The notes: generated by a model not told the origin, from the letters alone. A stretch of 63,422 bases of DNA, filler included, from Octopus bimaculoides (GCF_001194135.2; 7 parts of 6 records of this genome joined end to end with filler, not necessarily neighbours in it), one strand, 5' to 3'. Shown: positions 50,610 through 62,279, counted from the whole stretch's first letter. Made by a program: numbers and translations.

Positions 50610-51536
50610 GCGCACACTAACAATGGAGCTCAGAAATAAACACATACAAACATATGTTTTCGTATGCCCCAAAATATATACATTATACGAATACATACGC
50701 AGATCCTGACACCCATACATAGACACACACACGCATACATATTTATACACATACATACACACACGCTGATGAATGTATATTTACATTCATGTTATCTCTC
50801 ACACCACCAAATATCACATGAACGAATTACACACATACATTAGCAGAGAGACAGAGGGGGAGATGGGGATAGAGAGAGAGAGAGTTGAGTGAATGTGAAA
50901 GTAAGAGAGTGAGCGATTTGGAAAGAAAGGAAGAAGAGAGAGAGACGGAGGGAGAGAAAGAGAACCACAGAAAAAGAGAGAAAAAGGCGCATAGGATCCA
51001 CGCAAATTGGCACAAATTAAAAATCATGTTCTTACTCTTGCAAATATATAAACCACACACACACACCAAATACCACACGCACGCACACACACACATACAT
51101 ACGCATACACACACACACACACACTCGCGCCTGTGTGTATACACTCCCAAACATATACAAGCGAGAAGCTTGAGCAAGAGGAAAGCTATTTTAAACTATG
51201 TTTTTTCTAACCTTAGAACAAAGCAAGCTTTATTCTGTTTCTATACTATTTCTATTGTAAACCAACAAGTCAGTCAGAAAAGCAAAAATATAAACTTTGT
51301 TTAAGTATATTAAAACTCTTAGTGTTTTGTTTGTTCGTTTGTTTATTTACATTTTATATATATATTTAATTTTGTATTTAAAAAAATTTTTTGTAGTTTT
51401 TTTATATATATATTTCATTATTGTTTTCATTTAATTATTTTTATCGTTCATTTTTCTTATTTCGTTCGTTAGCGAACAAGACGGTATTCACTGATATACT
51501 TCAACATAAATAACTGCAATGTGTGTNNNNNNNNNN

Positions 51537-51578
<42 letters not shown>

Positions 51579-52796
51579 TGTGAGTGTTTGTATGTGGATA
51601 TTCGTATACAAGTGCGTCAGTATGAGTACAGTTGTGTGTGTATGTGTATGTGTGTGTATGTGTATGTGTGTGTATGTGTATGTGTGTGTATGTGTATGTG
51701 TGTGTATGTGTATGTGTATGTGTGTGTATGTGTATGTGTGTGTATGTGTATGTGTGTGTATGAGAGAGAATTAGAAAGAGAGAGGGACAAAGTGAATGTG
51801 TGTGTGTGTCTGTGTATGTGTGTATTCGTAGGCGTGTGTGTTTGTTTCTAAATATATGAGTATATATATATATCTACATGCATATCAATATTATTTTAAG
51901 CAGACGTAATTATAGGCACGCACCGGGATCATACATGCATAGAGGGGTACAAGCATACGTAATGTATGTATACATACACATATATGTTTCTATTTTTGCA
52001 TATAGAAGCACAAACACACAGATATTTATGTGTGTGCATGTGTGTGTGTGTGTGTGTGTGCGTGCGCGGGCGCGTGTGTTTGTGCATAAACACACATTAT
52101 TAATATTTAGCAGAAGCAAGGAAGCGACGCAAAGTCCGAAAGTTTCAAGCGTTAGTACTTATCAAACTTGCCAACCTACACACACACACATGCATATATA
52201 CATACNNNNNNNNNNNNNNNNNNNNNNNNNNNNNNNNNNNNNNNNNNNNNNNNNNNNNNNNNNNNNNNNNNNNNNNNNNNNNNNNNNNNNNNNNNNNNNN
52301 NNNNNNNNNNNNNNNNNNNNNNNNNNNNNNNNNNNNNNNNNNNNNNNNNNNNNNNNNNNNNNNNNNNNNNNNNNNNNNNNNNNNNNNNNNNNNNNNNNNN
52401 NNNNNNNNNNNNNNNNNNNNNNNNNNNNNNNNNNNNNNNNNNNNNNNNNNNNNNNNNNNNNNNNNNNNNNNNNNNNNNNNNNNNNNNNNNNNNNNNNNNN
52501 NNNNNNNNNNNNNNNNNNNNNNNNNNNNNNNNNNNNNNNNNNNNNNNNNNNNNNNNNNNNNNNNNNNNNNNNNNNNNNNNNNNNNNNNNNNNNNNNNNNN
52601 NNNNNNNNNNNNNNNNNNNNNNNNNNNNNNNNNATATATATATATATATACACACATAAATATATCAATATATATATATATATATAGTTTCTAGGGATGT
52701 CTTAAGGAAGTCCAAACTGTACTTTAGTCGAAGAAGGCATATTATCCGTGTGCTGCAATACAGCATCATGATTAATTTCGCATTATGTTGTAAAAG

Positions 52797-53637
52797 ATGT
52801 ACGTGTGTTGCATACGTTTGCAAGATAGCCGAAAAAATGTTGATGTTGACGAACGTTCTGGGAGGCCCGTGACCAGTAGAACTGAGAAAAACATCGCAGA
52901 TATGCGTGTAGCTGTGTGGGGTAATCGTCGAATCAGCACCTCTGAGTTATCACAGGATTTGCAGATTAGTTACGGTTCAGTTCAATTCATTATCACTGAA
53001 GATTTGGATATGAAATGCGTGTCTACCAAGTTTGTGCCAAAACTGCTTTCAGCTGACAAAAATGACACTAGTGTTTCAATCGCTTTTCGACCTCATTGTT
53101 GTGTCGAGAACGATGAAAATTTTTGAAAACTTTGCGTTGGCAGGTTCCGCCAAGCTTTTGGCAAAATTTGATGCAGATTCTCTGCTCAACTTTGCGTAGG
53201 CAGGTACCGCCAAGCTTTTGGCAAAATTTGATGCAGATTCTCTGCTCAACTTTGCGTAGGCAGGTTCCGCCAAGCTTTTGGCAAAATTTGATGCAGATTC
53301 TCTGCTCAACTTTGCGTAGGCAGGTTCCGCCAAGCTTTTGGCAAAATTTGATGCAGATTCTCTGCTCAACTTTGCGTAGGCAGCTTCCGCCAAGCTTTTG
53401 GCAAAATTTGATGCAGATTCTCTGCTGAACTTTCTCTCTCATGGTCAATGCGACGATCACACGCTTCACACGTTCATTTCAAGCACTGCTGTACACAGCG
53501 TAAGTGCGCTAGAACGTTAAAACTTTGTGCGCATGCTCAGTAGAGTTAAGGTCAATCTGTGCCAAGCGGCTCTACTCTGCGTGATTTAAGTTCGTTACTA
53601 TGGCAACAGTCCGGATACTTATTGATCAAACTACGTA
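52797..53637. mobile_element. Non-autonomous two-headed mariner derivative, copy 3 (opposite orientation, long arm truncated)
   Basis: + strand DVDERSGRPVTSRT...KFVPKLLSAD...VENDENF; same junction; short arm on minus with UTR and TIR ending TATTGATCAAACTACG+TA. Confidence 0.88.
53128..53427. repeat. Tandem repeat, 5 x 60 bp, near-identical
   Basis: Unit AACTTTGCGTAGGCAGGTTCCGCCAAGCTTTTGGCAAAATTTGATGCAGATTCTCTGCTC; four single-base differences across five units; minus frame KVEQRICIKFCQKLGGTCLR. Confidence 0.97.
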
Positions 53638-53773
53638 CGTGTTTCGTGCAATTCGACTCATCCTGTTTCTGTTTGTCTATGCGTATATGCATGCATACAT
53701 GCATGAATATGTGCAATCAAGAAAGAGTACAAAAAATAGTAAATGATGGGGGAAAGGATAGATAGATAGATAG

Positions 53774-53838
<65 letters not shown>

Positions 53839-53883
53839 CAGACAGACAGAAGGAGTTCTTTTCAATTTGATGTGGCGAATTCA

Positions 53884-54236
53884 TTACGTTCTGAGTTCAA
53901 ATTCCGCCGAGGTCGACTTTGCCTTTCATCCTTTTGGGGTCAATAAGTTAAGTACCAGTTACGCACTGGGGTCAATGTAATCGACTTAATCCCGTTGTTT
54001 GTCCTAGTTTGTCCCTTCTATGTTTAGTCCCCTACGGGCAATAAAGAAATAAGAAACGTTACTACCCCGGAAAAATGCTTAGCAACATTTCATCCCTCAC
54101 ATTACATTCTGACATTAAATTTCCTCGAGGCCGACTTTGCCTTTCATCTTTTCCAGATCGATGAAATAAGTACCAGTCATTCACTGAGGTCGATGCAACT
54201 GACTACACGCCTCCTCCAATACTTCTGGCCTTGTGG
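53884..54236 (+). mobile_element. Two head-to-tail SINE B copies with different tails
   Basis: 53884-54057 ends GGGCAATAAAGAAATAAGAAA; 54065-54236 ends CTGGCCTTGTGG. Confidence 0.85.
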
Positions 54237-54844
54237 ATTATTTATAACAGTTCTATCTCTACTCTGGAATACAATTTCCAGGTTGTAGGTGAGTTACTAA
54301 AACAAAACACCGGTAGAATTTGCAGGAATGTAAAATTGGATTTGAAAATAAATGATATTTATTGAGATAAATGTTTGTAAAACCTTTGAGTAATGCGAGT
54401 GAGGTGTCAATCTAAACATGGTGATGCCAACGAGGGGAAATAGATGATATTGTATTACCTGACCTAAGTTGTTAATAACCTAATAAATATTTCGGGAGAA
54501 ATCGCATTTTAAAATACAGACGAGCAAACAGTCAGAAGATTTTGCTATCGACATACCATGAATGTCATACCCGTCTGTTAGAATTTGACTTTTACTTATT
54601 CTACTAGATTCTATGGTTATTGTTGTGTCGATGCCCCCATGCGAAGAAGTAGGATCTCCCAAGACATTATAAATAGAGATAGTCTGGCCGTGGTAGGAGT
54701 GTTGAGTAGCAGTCGAGTAGCAGTTGTGTAGCGGTTGAGTAGAGATCATCCGAAGGTGCTAGATAGCAGTAGCGTTGAGACATAACAGTTATATATACAC
54801 ATATCCATGTATATATAAATGTATATATGTGGGAGAATATACAA

Positions 54845-55007
54845 ATAATAACAACAGACGAGGACAGGTGGTGTAAATAACAAAAGTATATATTAGTATG
54901 ACGCTCGGGAATACGGAAAGTCTTTGACGTTTCGAGCTACGCTCTTCAACAGAAAGAATACGGAGACAAGGAGAAAAACACGGAGAAAAAAATTGAATTG
55001 TATATAT
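54845..55007 (-). mobile_element. Penelope-like terminal repeat carrying a hammerhead motif
   Basis: Contains the motif at 54921-54957; homologous to 44196-44372; flanked by TA repeats and a gap. Confidence 0.65.
54921..54957 (-). ncRNA. Minimal type I hammerhead ribozyme motif with A6-to-U core variant
   Basis: RNA: UCUUU-CUGUUGA-A-GAGC-GUA-GCUC-GAAA-CG-UC/AAAGA. Helix I 5 bp, helix II 4 bp, palindromic ACGU in place of helix III, GUC cleavage triplet. Confidence 0.7.
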
Positions 55008-55659
55008 NNNNNNNNNNNNNNNNNNNNNNNNNNNNNNNNNNNNNNNNNNNNNNNNNNNNNNNNNNNNNNNNNNNNNNNNNNNNNNNNNNNNNNNNNNNNN
55101 NNNNNNNNNNNNNNNNNNNNNNNNNNNNNNNNNNNNNNNNNNNNNNNNNNNNNNNNNNNNNNNNNNNNNNNNNNNNNNNNNNNNNNNNNNNNNNNNNNNN
55201 NNNNNNNNNNNNNNNNNNNNNNNNNNNNNNNNNNNNNNNNNNNNNNNNNNNNAAGAAAACAAGATAAAAGATATACACACCGAATGGTTTACCAAGTTAA
55301 TGGTCGTTGTTTGAATAGAGCTGAGAGTATCCTAATCCCATATGTGACTTAATGCAGCTATGCAATGTAACATTCGACATTATCGAAACCTTGTGAAACA
55401 ATTTATTATAATAAAAGAAACACAAGAACAAAGAGAAACACAATACCAATTTTTTACTTTCTAGATACCAAAAGTTTCATCACCATCTCAATCAAGATCA
55501 GTGTCATTGCCCTCTGCATAATTATGTTCGCCGTTGTTATAATCGTTGTTACGACCATGATCAAAATCGTCACCATAACGTCCGTCTCAATGACCATATT
55601 CCTGATCATGATCGTGATCATAAAAATGAGAATTAACATTATAATTTTTGCTAGACTCA

Positions 55660-55909
55660 TCCTTCCCTTCTCTTACTCTTCTTCTTCTTCCTCCCCTTCT
55701 CCTCTTCCCTCTCCTCTCTTCTTTCACTTCTTTCCTTTCTCTTCTCTTCTTCTTTCTCTCCTTTCTCCCTTTCTCCTCTTTCTCATCATGCGGCAGATGA
55801 TGTTGATTTTCATCATTATTTGTAGCCGGTTTGTCATCACCCATCACAAGCAATTTTGAATATGATTATCATTACCCTCCTTACTTTTTCATACTCATCA
55901 TCACCGTCG

Positions 55910-55985
<76 letters not shown>

Positions 55986-56010
55986 AATAATAATAATAAT
56001 AATAATGAAT
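55660..56010. repeat. CT-rich tract followed by (CAT)n-(AAT)n microsatellites
   Basis: Directly visible. Confidence 0.9.
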
Positions 56011-56640
56011 AATAACACCAGCTACAAAAGCAACAGGAGCTAAAGCAACATTCCTTTGTATGTATGTAAAGAGTTAAAAAAGTACCAGCTATGTCTGTGA
56101 TACACCATTTAATTCTAGTTGCTTGTTAAACAACTTGTTCGTGACATTCTTCTCATTGCTCCATCTCTTTCACTCTGATTCTCTCTCCTCCCTCTCTCTT
56201 TATAGAAATACACACATGCACACACATATATATATATAGATACACAGACACATATGTATGTCTATCCTTCTTACTCTTAAGTTCTTATCAATTACAAGGA
56301 AAATCTGTACATACATAGTGTTAGTTACATAAGCATAACTTCTAGATGTATTTTTTAGAATTGTACTTGGAACTGAAAGAAAATACTTTGGTTAAACGAC
56401 CACCAGCTGTATGCATTCGCAGACGTAAACACGCACAGACATACAGACACACAGACACACACACACACACACGTAAACACATACATATGCTCACACAAAC
56501 ATATATATATATATGAGTTAATTAGAGGGTATGTATACCGCTTAAAGGGGTGATTATTAACCACTAACTATATTTTCTTCTCTTAATTTAATACGGACTA
56601 TGTGTGCATGTGTGTATGTGTGTGCGTGTGTGTGTGTGTG

Positions 56641-56830
56641 TCCGACATTGCTTGCCAACTGATGCTGGTGTGTTTATATGCAGATGACCTAGCGGTTCAG
56701 CGAAAGAGACGAAGAGAATAAATACTAGGCTTACAAAATCCTGGGGGTCGATTTCTTCGACTGAAATCCTTTAAGGCGGTGCTCCATCATGGCCGCAGTC
56801 AAATGATTGAAACAAGTAAAAGATTAAAAG
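56641..56830 (+). mobile_element. SINE family A, 3' half
   Basis: CATTGCTTGCCAACTGATGCTGGTGTGTTTAT...GGGGTCGATTTCTTCGACTG...AAGGCGGTGCTCCATCATGGCCGCAGTCAAATGATTGAAACAAGTAAAAGA. Confidence 0.88.
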
Positions 56831-56850
56831 AAAAAGAATATATATGTACA

Positions 56851-56905
<55 letters not shown>

Positions 56906-57739
56906 GTACATACATAGATACATATATATACACAACAGTATAAACTTTCGTACTTGCACACCTGTTCACACATAAACACACATACCACGGAACTACAATC
57001 ATAACAATTCTCTTCTCATGCCTACCTCAACTCGCGTATACACTCCAGTACGTGCACAAACACATCCATCTCTTCTTTTCATATTCCTTTTAACTTTTCT
57101 TTTGCAGTTCTCTACTGAAAGATTAACTTTATGAAACTTTAGCATGGAGGAAAGGAATTCGACAAAGGCGAAAGTGTAGTAGTGAGAGACGAACGAATAG
57201 GGAATGTCTGCGACATATAGAAGAATAAAATTTATAATATAAGTACAAATCCAGTCCTTTAGTGAAAAAGGTAATCTACTGGACCGATTGACTGGAAAAT
57301 ATTTTACAAGGAACGAAAATGAAGTCACATAGAAAAACACGGAAAATTAGCCACACTTTTAGCAAAATAAAAGGTCATATTTCATTTAGACACCATAAAT
57401 ACTAGTTAATGTAATTAACCAAATAATACATTAAGTCACATATTAACTATTATTGCATGATTTGTATACAATAGCAAAAATCTATATCATGACATTACAC
57501 GTTACGAAAAAAATATACGTTTCATTAAACATATCGAATATAACAAAACTGTAGCAGTCATTTATTAAGGGTTTTTTTAAGACTTATTTTTCCGCGACTC
57601 TGTTTTCGTAATATTTTTCTTCAGTGAAATACTGAATTTATTTTATCGACTTCGGAGAGACGACAGGTAAACTCCACCTCACCAGATTAAAAAAATCAAA
57701 AAAATCGTACAATTAGTTTCTTTCTTTTCTTTCTTTCTT

Positions 57740-57839
57740 NNNNNNNNNNNNNNNNNNNNNNNNNNNNNNNNNNNNNNNNNNNNTTAATTAATTAANNNNN
57801 NNNNNNNNNNNNNNNNNNNNNNNNNNNNNNNNNNNNNNN
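57740..57839. other. Artificial scaffold spacer
   Basis: 44 N + TTAATTAATTAA (57784-57795) + 44 N. Confidence 0.95.
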
Positions 57840-57885
<46 letters not shown>

Positions 57886-57901
57886 TCGATAGCTACATAC
57901 A

Positions 57902-57947
<46 letters not shown>

Positions 57948-58054
57948 CATGTTGTGTATATAAATACTTATATACATGTACACTTGCATAGCTATATGTG
58001 TATGCATGTGTGTGTGTGGGAGGGTGTGATTTGGCAATTCTACAGTTACTGTAC

Positions 58055-58090
<36 letters not shown>

Positions 58091-58397
58091 GCACGCACAC
58101 ACACACACAATAGTACTCTTTTCTTCTCTTTTAATGTATTACAACGCAAAGGCTGCGGCTATGCTGGGGCACCTCCAATATTATCACCTTTTCAATACCC
58201 ATTCTTATGCAATTGGCGTTTGGTGTTGGAAGGAGCTCGATTTTGATGCGCTCTTTTGAGTTTATTGCCGTCACGTGGGTTTATCTGGGATTTTGGGTCA
58301 GCAGAAGGTCAAGTTGTTGCACCAAAACATCTACCCCTACTGCATGTAGACTTGTGAGACCTTTTGTATATATACACATACATCATACATACATACA

Positions 58398-58429
<32 letters not shown>

Positions 58430-58458
58430 CATATATATTTATATATATATATATATAT

Positions 58459-58493
<35 letters not shown>

Positions 58494-58523
58494 NNNNNNN
58501 NNNTATATATAGTCTGTCATACC

Positions 58524-58563
58524 GGTCATGACGAAGGGAAATAGCCCTGAAACTCGAGTCGCC
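58524..58563 (+). ncRNA. Degenerate minimal hammerhead motif in a probable Penelope-like repeat (about 58504-58725)
   Basis: GGUC-AUGACGA-AGGG-AAAUAG-CCCU-GAAA-CUCGAG-UC/GCC; palindromic ACUCGAGU; C3 replaced by A and helix I imperfect. Confidence 0.55.
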
Positions 58564-59739
58564 TTTATATATTTATATTTATATATTTGATCCTTTATAT
58601 TGAACACTCAATATTTCATCGGTAGAGGGCTTCCTACCGACAGTCTACGGTACTATGCTTTTCGTTCTTTTCACCTCTCTAATACTTTCCTGATTATTCT
58701 GGTCGTACCAAGTCTTTGCCAATATTATTATTATTATTATTATTACGATTATTATCATCAGTATTATTATTAGTTAATCCGTCGTTGTCGGCGATGACGA
58801 ACGATATCACATGGAAGGAGAAAACGGCGCACTGTGTTCCAGCTCTGGTTAATCAGTCCGATGTCTTGTGCTAGCGTTTCCCCGGCGTCACAGTTGTTCA
58901 CAAAACCCCTCAGTACAGAGAAACATGTAAGTACATGCATTTTTCTACTGGATTCCACTCATAAATTATTATTGAAACTCAGGCTAAAGTAGAACACTTC
59001 GGCCAAAGGATCGCATTGTGAGATGGAAACCGCAGTACGTATTCCTGGAGGGAACGTCTTAAGGACACATTGATAGGCGCGCCTGTGATCGCCTAAGTGT
59101 TTTGAAGACGCTACTTCAGTACTACTGCTGTTTGCCGAATAAAACGTGTAAATGGAAATTTGTACAATCTTCAGACCAAAGTGCAATAATACAAGAAATC
59201 AGACTTTAGTTTTTTTTTCTTGGGATTTTTTGCAAATGGGCCAATCCTTTTGCTATTAAGCTGTTTTTTTTTTTCTCAACCACGTATATGTGTTTCCTTT
59301 AGGTGTATATTTTGAAACTGTTGTGTCCAATTCTGTAGGTTGAGTGAAAATAGTTTTAGTTGTTTTCTGTTTCCAAGTATTTACGATTAGATGTAGGCAG
59401 TATTTTACCGCCACCAATTGCCAACGTCATTTGTAATGGGATTAGCAGAATAAAATCTCCTTTAAATGGAAATCGTTTAGCTAGTTCTTTCGTTATCACG
59501 CAACGGTATTAAAAATTACTGATTCAACCGTCAGGTGTTATTTCTGATAACGACCAATCCATTTAAACTAACGTATACACAGCATAAATATATCAATAAT
59601 ACAGGAATTAGAAAATTGGGTTTGTTAAAATATTTTGGGTTTTCAAAATTAAGAAAACTCTCTTTTTTATTTCAAATAAATAGAACATTTTAGTATGTGG
59701 ATGATGTTGTGGGTGCTGGGAAGTGGTCAGTGCTAGTGT

Positions 59740-59885
59740 GTGTGGGGTGGTGTGATGTGGTGTGGTGTGGTGTGGTGTGGTGTGCTAAGGTGGTGTATGG
59801 TGTGGTGGTGTGTGTGGTGTGGTGGTGTGGTGTGGTGGTGTGGTGTGGTGTGATGGTGTGGTGGTGTTGTGTGTTGGTGTTGAGG
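59740..59885. repeat. (TGTGG)n/(TGG)n low-complexity tract
   Basis: Directly visible. Confidence 0.9.
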
Positions 59886-60373
59886 TGTGGGGAAGGCGAG
59901 AGTGGGGGAAGCAAGGGCATGCTTGTATGTTCCACAAAAACAGAATACGGTGCGTGGAGGGTAGAAGATGTAGTGAAGACAAAAGGCGATTGTTTATGAA
60001 CGAACTCTGTTGAAACAGTACGGTGCAACGGACAGAAGCGTGTCACTTCTATATACGTGTATATATATATACGCATATAGTCACAATGAGGAAAATTCAC
60101 ACACACGTACACATATACACGTATACATACACGCATAGTACACATAATTATATATTCTGCATATTACAGATGTATCCTAATCTAATCCTTATTGCCTTCT
60201 GAAAATCCTGAGGATTTTCCTTATAAAGTATTTAAAATGCAAAAGTATATTTTTATACGTTATGTTATTTTAATCTTATTTGAGAAATGAATCAATTGTT
60301 GGTTAATATGTTGACTAATTAATAAATTAATTTGTATCCATTAGATTTCTCTGTTTTCTAACTCAAGATATAT

Positions 60374-60473
60374 NNNNNNNNNNNNNNNNNNNNNNNNNNN
60401 NNNNNNNNNNNNNNNNNTTAATTAATTAANNNNNNNNNNNNNNNNNNNNNNNNNNNNNNNNNNNNNNNNNNNN
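60374..60473. other. Artificial scaffold spacer
   Basis: 44 N + TTAATTAATTAA (60418-60429) + 44 N. Confidence 0.95.
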
Positions 60474-60999
60474 AAATTGCACTCCATTCAACAATTCGAT
60501 TTGTACAGAAACCTCATGCGCTGCTATTTCCCGGTATTATTTTGTATATCATATATTATAATATTCCAGCAATAATACCTTCTGTTAAATCGTCGGTGAA
60601 ACAATTGAAAAACTTATGCAATATAATGAATTACCCATTCACTACTCGTTAATATATGCATATATTTGATGGTGTTTTTTTTTTTTTTTGTATGTGTGTG
60701 TATGTTTCTGTCCGTATGTTTGTCTGCCACTGAAAAGACAAGGTACATCAAAATCGCATCATCTGATAGTTCAGGCGTCTGCAGAAGACGACTTTCGTCT
60801 GCCAACGATATACATATGTGTGTCTACTTGCACCATACGTTCATATGAGAGGTCCTCTCAAGATAAATAGCGCAACACTTGGCTTTCTAACAAAGTAGCC
60901 AGGGAAAGATGGATATAAAGATTGCTTTTTGGCATTAGTATTGCTTCTATCGCTAATAATTCCATATATGTGTGGAGGGGATGGCTGGATGTGTCCGTG

Positions 61000-61057
<58 letters not shown>

Positions 61058-61165
61058 CGTATGTATGTATTTCACTTAAACCTTTCGACAGTAATGGTCC
61101 AATGTAGAATACAATATACATATGCTTCAGAACAAAACATTAGTTAAGTACGGAGCAGTAACATA

Positions 61166-61277
61166 AAAATAAGATGACAAAGAAACAAACGGTTATCTTG
61201 TGAACTTATTCGTGAACTTTGGAACTCTAAACTCACTAGACTTTCGATAATCGTTTGTTCCTTTGTCATCTTATTTT
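61166..61277. repeat. Small inverted repeat or MITE-like element (32-bp arms, 30/32 match, 48-bp spacer)
   Basis: AAAATAAGATGACAAAGAAACAAACGGTTATC versus the reverse complement of GATAATCGTTTGTTCCTTTGTCATCTTATTTT. Confidence 0.85.
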
Positions 61278-61454
61278 CTCATATATATATATTCATACAC
61301 ACACACACACACACACGCACATAAATATATATATACATATTTAAATATATGTGTTTCTGTGTATTTGTATATGTATGTATGTAAGTGAACGCTTGTATAC
61401 ATATCGTGTAAGTGTATATAAGGGAGTAAAGTATTAAACATTGCTTACAATCCA

Positions 61455-61529
<75 letters not shown>

Positions 61530-61531
61530 GT

Positions 61532-61570
<39 letters not shown>

Positions 61571-61699
61571 TATAGGATAAAACTTAATTGGAAATGGATG
61601 CGTGGCGTTCGATCATATAATACTATAAATAATATGTATATATATGCAAATATACATACATGTACATACTTACATAGATATATGTATGTAGACATTCCT

Positions 61700-62150
61700 A
61701 TATGGGTACAGATCGTCGTAAAACGTAAACAACATGAAAAATGAGAACATGAGATACAAAAACATGGAAAACGAATATTGTTTGCGAACAACGAAAGAAA
61801 CAAATAGAAAAATGAGACAGGCAACATAAAGAAAAAATCCCTTCATCAGTTATCCACTGTTTTATCTACTCCACATTTCGAGCGTTAGGACAAGATGCGT
61901 CTTCGTCAAAACAGTCGCTCCCGCAAAGCAAATTAAATAAAATTTGGGATTTGCCGAGGGTCAGAGTTGGTAACAAAAACAGGACAGTTAAAACAAACGG
62001 TAAGGGCTGTAAAGCCATAACGAGGTGAAGTGGTGAACGCTGGAGAAACAAGCTTTGACAGCAGATTGACAAAAATGCGTGTGCTATCCGTCGTAGCTTA
62101 ACGAGAAGAAAGAAAGATAGCCGCTGGTCACGTGTAAGGAACGAGAGAGT
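61700..62150 (-). mobile_element. Probable Penelope-like repeat remnant
   Basis: Minus strand TTGACGAAGA...GCTCGAAATGT followed by CTGATGAAGGG; layout similar to 7880-8150. Confidence 0.35.
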
Positions 62151-62279
62151 CAAGTAGGAAGAGGAGAAGTGAGTGAGAGAGAGAGGGACAGATAGAGAAC
62201 GGTGAAGGGGGAGAAGAATTAGAGAAAGGATGGGAGAGAAAAAAGAATGAAAGAAAGAAAGAAAGAATATGTACATGTA

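Noticed and set aside
53128-53427. CRISPR-like array
   Set aside because: Units are contiguous with no unique spacers and derive from transposase coding sequence; eukaryotic context.
61870-61912. Hammerhead on minus strand (TTGACGAAGA...CTCGAAATGTG)
   Set aside because: No palindromic helix III, G at the cleavage position, no helix I pairing.
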